Of a DNA stretch of 64,000 bases, positions 54,446 through 64,000 are shown one piece after another; position 1 is the stretch's first letter; each line of letters begins with the position of its first letter. Under the pieces are notes generated by a model. It made no database searches and was not told the origin of the DNA. It saw only the letters and a list, made by a program, of their open reading frames with translations. This DNA is from an uncultured Actinomycetota bacterium. GTDB lineage: Bacteria > Actinomycetota > Actinomycetes > Propionibacteriales > Nocardioidaceae. The stretch lies in NCBI GenBank assembly GCA_963763225.1, contig CAVXNT010000007.1:50982-114981 (forward strand), read 5' to 3'. A program made the position numbers and the translations under genes.

Positions 54446-55920
54446 GGGGCGAGGGTACGGGGAACTCTCGCGGCGGCTCGTCCCGCGCTGCGCCCGAAGA
54501 ACGAGCCCTCGCCGAGCTGGGTGCCGGAGCAGTAGCCCTTGCCGTCCTGGGCGATGTTCGAGGCGCAGGCGCCCGCGGCGTACAGGCCGGCGATCACCGA
54601 GCCGTCGGGGCGCTGCGCCTGGCCGTCGACCGAGGTGCGGATGCCGCCGAGGGTGAAGCCGGCGTACATCGCGTGGCCCAGGCGCAGGTCGAAGACCGCC
54701 CACGGGCCGGTGCCCTGCGGCGCCAGCCACTCCGGCGCCTTGTGGAAGTCGAGGTCCTCGCCCGCCTCGGCCATCTTGTTGTACCGCTCGAGCGTCGCCG
54801 CCACCGAGCCGGCCGGCAGGTCGAGCGCGGTCTCGAGCTCCGCGATCGTCTCGAACCCGTCGACCAGCGGCACCAGCGGGAACTTCGGGTACTCCACGTG
54901 CTCGCTGTCGACGATCAGGTACGCCGCCGACCCCGGCTGCTCCATCACGAACTGCGAGGTCCGGGAGTGGTAGCTGTCCTCGGCGACGAACCGCTCCCCG
55001 GACCGGTTGACGATGAAGCCGGTCATCAGCGCCGACGGCGGGTAGAACGGCGCGGTGATGAACGGCTCCTCCATGTGCTTGAGGTCCGCGCCGACCGACG
55101 CGCCGAGCCGGATGCCGAGGCCGTCGTCGTACGTCGAGCCGAGCGTGAACGGCTTCTCCGCCAGGGCCGGCGTGTACGCCGCCACCATGTCGGGGTTCAT
55201 CACGAACCCGCCCGCGGCCAGCACGACCGCGGGGGCGGCCACCACCCCGGTGGCGTCGAAGGACCGCCAGGCGACGCCGGCCACCTGGCCGGACGAGACG
55301 ACCAGGTTCGTCACGCCGGTCTCGTAGCGGACGTCGACGCCGGCCTCCTCGACCCGCTCCCGCAGCAGGTCCATCACCATCCTGGTGCCCTCGGTGTCGC
55401 CCGGCACCGGCACCTTGTGACCGCGCGGAGCCGGCACCGCCTGCTCCTTGTACGGCCAGACCTTCTCGTTGCCGGTGAACATCAGCCCCTCGGTGCCGGG
55501 CTGGATGACCGCCTTCTCCGGGTAGTACGAGCGCTCGAACTCGAACCCGAGCGCCTCCAGCCAGTCGAAGTGCTCGACCGAGCCGTCGCAGTAGGCCCGG
55601 ATCTTGTCGTGCTCGGGCTCCTTGGAGACCGCGACGAGGTACTCGTACATCTCGTCGGGGGAGTCCTCCCATCCCGTCGCCCGCTGCACCGCGGTGCCGC
55701 CGCCGAGGTAGAAGTGGCCGCCGGACATCGACGAGGTGCCGCCGTGCACCGCGGCCCGCTCGAGCAGCAGCACCCGCGCGCCCGCCCGGGCGGCCTCGAG
55801 TGCCGCGCACCCACCGGCGATGCCGAACCCGACCACGACCACGTCGTACCGCTCGGAGTCCGCGCCGATCACCGATGCGTCGAGGGCGTCGGGGAGGGCG
55901 GTGCCGCTGCTGGAGCTCAT
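54442..55920 (-). CDS. FAD-dependent oxidoreductase, 3-ketosteroid dehydrogenase / flavocytochrome c-like
   Basis: GFGIAG, GGTSSMSGG, LAAGGF, TLGG, GLYAAG and SGTQLG. Confidence 0.85.
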   Translation of the reverse strand: MSSSSGTALPDALDASVIGADSERYDVVVVGFGIAGGCAALEAARAGARVLLLERAAVHGGTSSMSGGHFYLGGGTAVQRATGWEDSPDEMYEYLVAVSKEPEHDKIRAYCDGSVEHFDWLEALGFEFERSYYPEKAVIQPGTEGLMFTGNEKVWPYKEQAVPAPRGHKVPVPGDTEGTRMVMDLLRERVEEAGVDVRYETGVTNLVVSSGQVAGVAWRSFDATGVVAAPAVVLAAGGFVMNPDMVAAYTPALAEKPFTLGSTYDDGLGIRLGASVGADLKHMEEPFITAPFYPPSALMTGFIVNRSGERFVAEDSYHSRTSQFVMEQPGSAAYLIVDSEHVEYPKFPLVPLVDGFETIAELETALDLPAGSVAATLERYNKMAEAGEDLDFHKAPEWLAPQGTGPWAVFDLRLGHAMYAGFTLGGIRTSVDGQAQRPDGSVIAGLYAAGACASNIAQDGKGYCSGTQLGEGSFFGRSAGRAAARVPRTLAP

Positions 55921-55930
55921 GCGCCAAATC

Positions 55931-55944
55931 TAGAACAAGTTCCA
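55931..55944. promoter_or_regulatory. KstR-type operator TAGAACAAGTTCCA
   Basis: Exact match to TnnAACnnGTTnnA, 10 nt upstream of the FAD oxidoreductase start. Confidence 0.7.
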
Positions 55945-56037
55945 ATTCTGCGCGACGTGGGCGACCGCGACGGACCATCGGACCGGCTGGCCCCGATAGA
56001 CTCGGGCCCCGCGCCCCGACGATGGCCGAGGTGACCC

Positions 56038-57558
56038 GTGTCGTTCGACGTCCACCAGCTCGACACGTTCCTGCTGGTGGGCTCCGCGGTCACCTTCCTG
56101 GCCATCCTGGCGGCCCGGATCTCGTCGCGGGCCGGGCTGCCGAGCCTGCTGGTCTACCTGCTCATGGGGGTCGCGCTCGGCGAGGCCGGCATCGGCATCC
56201 AGTTCGAGAACGCCGAGGCGCGCACGCGCTGGGCTTCGCGGCGCTCGCGATCATCCTCGCCGAGGGCGGACTGACCACGAACTGGCAGCAGATGCGCGCG
56301 TCGGTCCGGGTCGGTGTCTCGCTGGCGACGATCGGCGTCGCGGTCTCCGTGCTGGTCGTGGCGCTGGGCGGGCACTACGTGCTCGGGCTGTCCTGGGAGC
56401 TCGCGATCATCCTCGGCGCGGTCACCTCACCCACGGACGCGGCCGCGGTGTTCTCGGTGCTGCGCGTCGTCCCGCTGCCGCGCCGCCTGACCGGTGCGCT
56501 CGAGGCCGAGTCCGGGCTCAACGACGCCCCGACCGTCGTCCTCGTCTCGCTGGTGTCGACCGGAGCCGTCGCACGACCACGGCGTGCCCGTGGTGGTCGG
56601 CATCATCGTCTACGAGCTGGTGGCCGGCGCGGCGATCGGGTTCCTCGCCGGCTTCGGCGGCGCCTGGGTGATGCGCCGCGCCGCGCTGCCGTCGTCGGGC
56701 CTCTACCCGGTCGCGGTCCTGACCATCGCGTTCCTCGGGTACGGCGGCGCGTCGGCCCTCCACGCGTCGGGCTTCGCCGCCGTGTACGTCGGTGCGCTGG
56801 TGCTCGGCAACAGCGAGCTCCCGCACCGCGCGGCCACCCGGTCGTTCGCCGAGGGCCTGGCCTGGCTGGGCCAGATCGGCCTGTTCGTGATGCTCGGCCT
56901 GCTCCTGTCGCCGGGCCGGATCACCCTGGAGACGGTCGGTCTGGCGCTGCTCGCCGGCCTGGGGCTGACCTTCGTCGCCCGGCCGCTGTCGGTGTTGGTG
57001 AGCTCCGCTGGTGCAGCCGATGCCCTGGCGCGAGCTCGCGTTCCTGTCCTGGGCGGGCCTGCGCGGTGCCGTGCCGATCGTCCTGACGACGATCCCGCTC
57101 GCCGAGGGGATCGACGAGGCCGACCACCTGTTCGACCTGGTCTTCGTGATGGTCGTCATCTACACGCTGCTGACCGGTCCCACGCTGCCCCGGGCCGCCC
57201 GGCTGCTGAAGGTCGCGCGGCGGTCCGAGCCGCGCGGCCTCGAGGTCGAGGCCGCCCCGCTGGAGCGCGTGGCCGCGGACCTGCTGACCGTCACGATCAG
57301 CCCGGCGTCGAAGATGCACGGCGTGGAGGTCGGGCGAGCTGCGGCTGCCGCGCGGCGCCTCGGTGTCGATGGTCGATCCGGGACGGCGAGACGATGGTGC
57401 CGGAGCTGCGCACCGTCCTCCGGCACGGCGACGACCTGCTCGTCGTCACCCCGCGCCGGCTGCGGGAGCAGACCGAGGAGCGGCTGCGCCAGGTCAGCGC
57501 CCACGGCCGGCTCGCGCAGTGGCTGGGCAGCCGGGCGCCCCGGCGTACCGACTCCTGA
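56038..57558 (+). CDS. K+/H+ antiporter (CvrA/NhaP2 type with TrkA-C domain), frameshifted
   Basis: TDAAAVFSVLR, LEAESGLNDAP, QIGLFVMLGLL and WAGLRGAVPI. Confidence 0.9.
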
Positions 57559-57562
57559 GGAG

Positions 57563-58068
57563 TCAGGCGACCGGCGGGCTGCAGATCTGGGTGTCGTCCT
57601 GGGCGGTGACCTTCTTCCTGCCCTTCCGGAGCTTGCCGAACTTGTCACCGACGACGACGGTGACGCCCGCGCCGAGGCCGTCCCGGCGCTCGATGTCGAC
57701 CTTCTTGCCGAAGCGGCTCGCGACGAGCCGCACCGCGGGGTTGTCGCGGCTCGCTCGACCACACCTGGGCGCGCTTGACCTTGGTGCTGGAGGCGTTGCC
57801 GCTGTTGCCCTTGGCGAAGCCCTGGTCGGTGAGCGCCTTCATCGCCCGGCCGGCCAGGCCCTCGCGGGTGCCGGCGTTGTAGACGCTGACCGTGACGTCC
57901 TGCGGGAACACGTCGTCACCGGCCGCGACGTCCTGGGTGACGCAGAGCGGCGTGTCGACCTTGCCCGGGAACGGCTGCGGTCGCCGCGCTCCAGCCCCAG
58001 ATCGCCGCCAGTCCCAGCGCCAGCGCGAGCACCACCAGGGTGATCGCCGACCGGATGCCCTGGCTCAT
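57563..58068 (-). CDS. LytR C-terminal domain-containing membrane protein, frameshifted
   Basis: N-terminal TM helix and VTVSVYNAGTREGLAG motif. Confidence 0.75.
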
Positions 58069-58365
58069 CAGGCGCTCAGCGAGTAGACGCGGGCGTGCAG
58101 CACGTTGCGCTGCTGGAGGGCCGCGCGCAGCGCGCGGTGCAGGCCGTCCTCGAGGTACAGCTCGTCCTCGCCACTCGACGACGTGGGCGAACAGGTCGCC
58201 GTAGAACGTCGAGTCCTCGTCGAGCAGCGCGGCCAGCTGGAGGGTGTCCTTGGTGGTGACCAGCTCGTCGAGGCGCACCTGGCGCGGTGGTACGGCGGCC
58301 CACTCCTTCGTCGTGAGCCCGTGGTCGGGATAGGGCCGCCCGACGCCGACGCGCTTGAAGATCAC
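58068..58365 (-). CDS. Conserved actinobacterial small protein (often auto-annotated as a VapB-family antitoxin), frameshifted
   Basis: MIFKRVGVGRPYPDHG, VRLDELVTTK, DSTFYGDLFAHVV and LEDGLHRALRAALQQR. Confidence 0.75.
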
Positions 58366-58416
58366 GTCGCGACTATAACGAGGCCGTCGGCACGGGCCCC
58401 GCGCAGCGGCGTGCGG

Positions 58417-58590
58417 TCAGGCGGACCAGCGGACCGCGTCGTCGACGTGGTCGGCGAACGCGTGCACGCCCCGCAGGTCGGTGCGTTCCTCCAGGAGTGC
58501 CGTGAGGGCCTGGGCGTGCCGGAGGCGCAGGGTGATGCGCTGATCGGCCTGCAGCTCGGGGGTGGTGTCGGTCGCGGTGGGGTTCTCCAT
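58417..58590 (-). CDS. Small hypothetical protein (57 aa), not in the ORF track
   Basis: GGAGG RBS; MENPTATDTTPELQADQRITLRLRHAQALTALLEERTDLRGVHAFADHVDDAVRWSA*. Confidence 0.6.
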   Translation of the reverse strand: MENPTATDTTPELQADQRITLRLRHAQALTALLEERTDLRGVHAFADHVDDAVRWSA

Positions 58591-58703
58591 CTCGCCTCCT
58601 CGGTCGTCGGCCGGTCGGCCGTGAGCACCACTGTGGAGCGCCGATGTCGCCGGCAGGTTGACGCCGCGTTACGGCCGGGTGAGCGATGACGGGCCCGGCG
58701 AAC

Positions 58704-58717
58704 TGGAATACGTTCTA
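58704..58717. promoter_or_regulatory. KstR-like operator TGGAATACGTTCTA
   Basis: One mismatch to TnnAACnnGTTnnA, 5 nt before the SnoaL-like start. Confidence 0.55.
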
Positions 58718-58722
58718 CTTCC

Positions 58723-59172
58723 GTGGACGACATCACCGCCATCAGCCAGCTCAAGTACCGCTACCTCCGCTCCCTGGACACCAAGCAGTGGGAGGCCTTC
58801 GAGGAGTGCTTCGTCCCCGAGGCCACCGGCGACTACAACGGGCTGGTCTTCGACGACCGGGCCGCGCTGGTCGCCTACATGCGCGAGAACCTCGGCGAGG
58901 GCCTGCTCACCATGCACCAGGTCCACCACCCCGAGATCACGGTCGACGGGGACACGGCGACCGGGCACTGGTACCTGCAGGACAAGGTGATCGTCCCGGC
59001 GTTCTCGTTCATGCTCGAGGGCGCGGCGTTCTACGAGGACCGCTACGTGCGGACGCCGGACGGCTGGCGGGTCGCGCACACCGGCTACCGCCGTACCTTC
59101 GAGATCACCTACGACCTCGCGGATCTGCCCGGCACCAAGGTCAAGGGCCCGGGCGAGCACACCCACGTCTGA
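58723..59172 (+). CDS. SnoaL-like/NTF2 family protein (BaiE/scytalone dehydratase-like)
   Basis: ISQLKYRYLRSLDTKQW, TMHQVHHPEI, ATGHWYLQD and YEDRY...GWR. Confidence 0.85.
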   Translation: MDDITAISQLKYRYLRSLDTKQWEAFEECFVPEATGDYNGLVFDDRAALVAYMRENLGEGLLTMHQVHHPEITVDGDTATGHWYLQDKVIVPAFSFMLEGAAFYEDRYVRTPDGWRVAHTGYRRTFEITYDLADLPGTKVKGPGEHTHV

Positions 59173-59186
59173 GCGGACTTGTCCGC

Positions 59187-59270
59187 TGAAACCCGACCGA
59201 CACGCCGGGCCGCGTCGGCGTGTCGGTCGGGTTTCACCGGTCAGCCGGTGAAACCCGCCGGCGTGTCGCG
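59187..59270. repeat. Nested REP-like inverted repeats between convergent genes
   Basis: 21-bp arms TGAAACCCGACCGACACGCCG (59187-59207 / 59216-59236) overlap a second 13-bp pair (59228-59240 / 59245-59257). Confidence 0.8.
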
Positions 59271-59272
59271 CC

Positions 59273-62200
59273 TCAGACCGACGGCTCGCACCACGCCATC
59301 TGCACGACCTCGACCCCGCGGTCCCGGGTGACCAGCCGGCCGCGGCCGGGCGGGGCGGGCTGCGGCTTCTGGGTGCCGAGCAGCGGACCCTCGTCCGGGC
59401 TGCCGGAGAGCAGCAGGCCCGGCATCGCCAGGTCGCGCAGCGACTGGATGACCGGCTCGTACAGCGCCCGCGAGGCGCCGCCGGAGCGGCGCGCGACCAC
59501 CAGGTGCAGGCCCGACGTCGTGCGCCTGCGCCAGCAGCGGCTGCAGCGCCGCGACCGGGGAGCTCTGCTGGGTGGCGACCAGGTCGTAGTCGTCGACGAG
59601 CACGAACACCTCCGCGCCGCTCCACCAGGACCGGTGGCGCAGCTGGTCGGGGGTGACGTCGGGGCCCGGGATGCGGCCCTCGAGGTACGACGCGAGGTCG
59701 CGCAGCGCCGGCTGCGCCTGGGCGGCCGACGTCAGGTAGTTGAGCAGGTACTCCTCGGGCACCTCGCCCAGCAGCGAGCGCCGGTAGTCCACGACGACCA
59801 GCTGGGCCTCCTTCGGCGACCGGGTCCGCATCACCTCGTGGGCGTAGGCGCGCAGCGCCGCGCTCTTGCCCGACTGGCCGTCGCCGAACATCAGCAGGTG
59901 CGGGTCGGCGTCCGCGTCCAGCCCGACCGCCGCGAGCTCGCGCTCGTTGACGCCGAGCAGCAGGCGCCGGTCGTCCTGCGGAGCCATGGTCCGGACCTCG
60001 TCGAGGGAGATCCGGTCGGGGAGCAGGCGCAGCTTCGGGCCGGCCGGACCGGTCCACGCCGCCTCGACGCGCTTGACCAGGTCCTCGACGCCGTCGCCGA
60101 GGTTCCCGCCGTCGGGGTCGCCGTCGATGCGCGGCAGCGCGGCGAGGAAGTGCAGCTTGCCCTGCACGAGCCCGCGTCCCGGCCGCCCGGTGGGCACCAG
60201 TGCGGCCACCTTGCGGTCGATCTCGGAGTCCATCGGGTCGCCGAGCCGCAGCTCGAGCCGGGTGCCGAACAGGTCGCGCATCGCGGCCCGGAAGTCCGCC
60301 CACCGGGCGGCGCCGACCACGACGTGCAGGCCGAAGGTGAGGCCGCGGGTGGCGAGCTGCTGCAGCTCGGCCTCGAGGTCGTCGAAGTCCGCGCGCACCG
60401 TCGACCACCCGTCGACGACCAGGAAGACGTCGCCGTACCCGTCGTCGACGCGGCCCTCGCGGCGCCGCGACCGGTAGGTCTCGATGGAGTCGATGCCCTG
60501 GGCGCGGAAGTAGGCCTCGCGCCGGTCCACGACGTTCTGCACCTCGGCCACGATGCGGCGTACGACGTCGGGCTCGGCCCGGGTGCCGACGCCGGCGACG
60601 TGCGGCAACCGGGTGAGCGCGGTGAAGGTCCCGCCGCCGAAGTCGAGGACGTAGAACTGCGACTCCTGCGGCGTGGTCGTCAGCGACATGCTCGCGACGA
60701 TCGTGCGCAGCAGCGTGCTCTTGCCGCTGCGCGGACCGCCGACGACGGCCACGTGGCCGCCGGCCCCGCTGAGGTCGACGGTGAGGGTCTCGCGGCGCTG
60801 CTCCCGCGGCCGGTCGATGGTGCCGAGCGGGATGACCAGTCCGCCCGTCCCGCGCCAGGACGGCGAGACCAGCCCGAGGTCGGGGTGCTCGTCGAGGTCG
60901 GGCATCAGGGCGTCGAGGGTGTCGGGGACGTCGAGCGGCGGCAGCCAGACCTGGTGGGCCTCGCGGCCGCGGCCGGTCATCCGGCGCACCGCGAGGTCGA
61001 GCAGCGACTCCTGCTCGCCGGGCTGCTCCACGACCACCGGCTCGACCTCCGCCGGGCTCGGTTCGAGGGCCTCGAGCGCCAGCACCTCGGAGATCGTGAA
61101 CGGGAGGATCCCCTGCACGTGGCCGCCCTCGTCACGTGGCGCGCGGGCGCGGCCGGCCGGCGGGCCGGACACGTACGCCGCCTTGAAGCGCAGCAGCGTC
61201 GTCGGGTCGGGCTTCAGGTAGCCCAGGCCCGGGTCGGCGGGCAGCTCGTAGGCGTCGGGGACGCCGAGCACCGTGCGGGACTCGCTCGGCGCTGAAGGTG
61301 CGCAGGCCGATCCGGTACGACAGGTGCGACTCCAGGCCCGCGCAGCCGGCCCTCCTCGAGGCGTTGCGAGGCGAGCAGCAGGTGCAGCCCGAGGGAGCGT
61401 CCGAGGCGGCCGATGGCCACGAAGAGGTCGATGAACTCCGGCTTGGCCGAGAGCATCTCGGAGAACTCGTCGACGACGATGAACAGCGACGGCAGCGGGG
61501 CGAGGTCCTCGCCCGCCGCCCGGGCCTTCTCGTAGTCGCGGACCGACGCGAAGTTGCCGGCCTCGCGGAGCAGCTCCTGCCGGCGCACCATCTCGCCGGA
61601 GAGGGCGTCCTGCATGCGGTCGACGAGGGTGAGCTCCTGGGCCAGGTTGGTGATCACCGCCGAGACGTGCGGCAGGTCGGACATGCCCGCGAACGTCGCG
61701 CCGCCCTTGAAGTCGACGAGCACCATGTTCAGCTGCTCGGGGGAGTGGGTGAGCGCGAGGCCGAGCACGAGGGTGCGCAGGAACTCGGACTTGCCGGAGC
61801 CGGTCGCGCCGATGACCAGCCCGTGCGGGCCCATGCCCTGCTGGGCGGACTCCTTGATGTCGAGGTGCACGAGGGTGCCGCCCTCGCCGAGCCCGATCGG
61901 CACGCGCAGCCGGTCGCGGGCGGGACGGGGCCGCCACGCGGTCGCCGGGTCGAACGTGTGCACGTCGCCGAGGCGCGAGCAGCTCCATGAAGTCCGCCGG
62001 GCCCGGCGATCTCGCCGGTGCCGGTCTCGCCGGTCCCGGCCGCGACCGTGTGCAGCGGGGTCAGCCGCCGCGCGAAGGCCTCGGCGGTGGCCGGTCGAGC
62101 ACTGGTCGGCCGAGGCGCGCACCGGCTCCTCGCGCAGCCGCAGCGCCAGCACCGGGCACCCGCCGTCGCCGGTCGGCTCGCCGTCGAGCTGGATCCGCAG

Positions 62201-63266
62201 CCGCGCTGGCGTCCTCGAGCTCGTCCCAGCGGGCCGGCAGGTCGAGCAGGGTGACGCCGTGCAGGCCGTCGGGCGGTACGACGTGGTTGCCGGGCGGCAG
62301 CTCGCCGCCGTCGATCACGAGCAGCAGGTGCGGGGTCGCGGGCCGCTCGTCGGCGCCGAACCGGGGCCGCTCGCCCAGGTCCGGGCGGCAGCAGGGCGGC
62401 GAGGTCGTCGAGCGACGTCGAGACCATCCGCATCGGCCCGACCGCGTCGGACCGGCGCCCGCTCTGGGCGTGCGGCAGCCACTTGACCCAGTCCCAGTGG
62501 GCGAGGTGCTCCTCGGAGGACAGCACCGCGACGACGAGGTGGTCGGGGGAGTGGAACGCGGTCGCCGAGCAGATCAGCGCACGCGCCAGCGACCGGGCGG
62601 GCTCCTCGGGTCCGCACGACCTCGATGCGGTCGAACGCACGCAGGTCGACCGACGCGGGCAGGTCGGGCTGGAGCCGGTGCACGACCAGGAGCCGGTGCA
62701 GGGCCGAGGCCGCCGCCGGGTCGACCTGGTCGATGGGGGTGCTCTCGGGCGGCACCAGCTCGAGGGAGAGGGGCTGGGCGCACCGCCCGTACCGCACGTG
62801 CAGGAAGTCGGGATCGGTGGGCCCGTGCTCCCACACCCGCGACCGCTCGTCGGCCAGGGCGGGCAGCGACGGCGGGGTCGGGGTGGTGCCAGGTGAGGGC
62901 GCGCCGCTGCTGGTCGGCCGCCTCGCGGGCGACCTTGCGGACGTTGGCCAGGTAGCGCAGGTACTCCGTCCGGGACCCGGTCAGCTGCTGGGCCCGCTGC
63001 TTCCGCTGCCGGTCCAGCTGCACCACGATGAAGCCGAGGGTCGCGAACAGGAACATGCCGGCGGCGATGAACCCGCGGCCGCCCGTCGAGCGGCCCATGG
63101 TCGCGACCAGCACGATCGAGCCGAGGCTGCCGAGCATCGGGATCGCGTTCATCAGCACGCCGCCGGCGCCCTCGTTGGGCTCGAGCTGGGGAGGCGGCTG
63201 CAGCACGATCTGGCCGCTCGGCATCTCGGGTGCGTCCAGCCGGGCACCGCGCAGGGTCGTACTCAC
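59273..63266 (-). CDS. eccC: Type VII secretion FtsK/SpoIIIE ATPase EccC (EccCa and EccCb apparently fused), frameshifted
   Basis: Two N-terminal TMs, [56 protein letters not shown] and VDDYDLV. Confidence 0.92.
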
Positions 63267-63326
63267 GTGCTGTCCCTACCCCCGTCAAGAGGGGTTGACG
63301 CCTCCGAAATGGGGGAGGGTGACGGC

Positions 63327-64000
63327 GTGCCCGACCTGCTCGCCACCCCGCACGTGCTCGCGGTGACCGTGCACGGGCCGGCCGGTGTCGTGGACCTCGT
63401 CGTGCCGGCGGGAGCCGTGGCCGCGGACGTCGCCGAGGAGTACGCACGGCTCGCCGGGCTCGCCACCGCGCCCGATCTGTGCACCCGCGTCGGCGCGCCG
63501 CTCCCGGCCGACGTCGAGCTCGGCCGGGCCGGCATCGGCACCGGCGACCTGCTGGTGGCGACGGCCGGCGCTCCGCCGCCGGCGACCCGACGTACGCCGG
63601 ACGGCTGCGTCCGCGCCGGCGCCACGCACCCGGCCACGGTGCTGGCCACCGTGCTGGTCGGGCTCTGGTTCGTGGTCGCGGCGGCCCTCGCCGCGGTCGC
63701 GGGCTGGTGCGCCACCGTGGCGGACGGCGCGCCGCGGGCGGCGACGCTGGCCCTGCTCGCGGCGGGCGCGATCGTCGGCGTGGCGCCGGCCGGCCGGTAC
63801 CCGGCGTACCGGGTCGTGGCGGCCCCGGTGTTCGGGGCGGCCGCGGCGCTCGCGGTGCTGTGGGACCCGCTCCCCGAGCGCCTGCCGATGGTCGTGGGCG
63901 TCGCCGGGCTGACCGCGGCCCTCGTCGCCGCGGTCGGGCGCGCCCTGGCCGAGCGCGCCGAGGAGGCGCTGCGGGTCTGGATCGTCGCCGGATCCGGCTT
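63327..64000 (+). CDS. EccD-like protein (YukD ubiquitin-like N-terminus plus TM helices), runs off the window
   Basis: VTVHGPAGVVDLVVP...GIGTGDLL followed by hydrophobic helices; divergent from eccC. Confidence 0.65.
   Translation, partial: MPDLLATPHVLAVTVHGPAGVVDLVVPAGAVAADVAEEYARLAGLATAPDLCTRVGAPLPADVELGRAGIGTGDLLVATAGAPPPATRRTPDGCVRAGATHPATVLATVLVGLWFVVAAALAAVAGWCATVADGAPRAATLALLAAGAIVGVAPAGRYPAYRVVAAPVFGAAAALAVLWDPLPERLPMVVGVAGLTAALVAAVGRALAERAEEALRVWIVAGSG

Noticed and set aside
58068-58365. VapB antitoxin of a second toxin-antitoxin system
   Set aside because: No PIN-domain toxin is adjacent; the neighbour is a LytR-C protein.
59187-59270. Repeats read as a CRISPR array
   Set aside because: They are inverted rather than regularly spaced direct repeats, and there are no cas genes.

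Overview
This is a GC-rich actinobacterial chromosomal window, and its gene content resembles Nocardioides (inference). Many clearly recognisable genes are broken by single-base indels, most likely uncorrected long-read errors, so several boundaries are approximate. The first 21 kb holds an ABC/acyl-CoA ligase/TetR/3-hydroxybutyrate dehydrogenase/hydrolase operon, an RHH-Doc toxin-antitoxin pair, a CobB sirtuin, glgX-treY-treZ behind a SigF/SigB-type promoter, MFS and ArsR genes, VIT-thpR, upp and tadA. The middle holds an intact IS110 element, a GH3 glucosidase, ANTAR genes, lutABC, a CocE/NonD hydrolase, tRNA-Ser(CGA), an ECF42/DGPF pair, an ABC exporter and MoxR-vWA. The last part holds a PucR-controlled nucleoside ABC operon with a fungal-type cytosine deaminase, a WXG100-like/lipase pair, two genes with KstR-type boxes, a K+/H+ antiporter and the start of a type VII secretion locus (eccC, eccD-like). 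The main finding is the IS110 at 21118-22539. It splits one arm of a palindromic REP-like repeat whose empty sister copy lies at 6116-6191. Its 5' non-coding region carries four short segments matching target-left, target-right, donor-left and donor-right in bridge-RNA order and orientation, so a putative RNA-guided recombinase can be decoded from this window alone.
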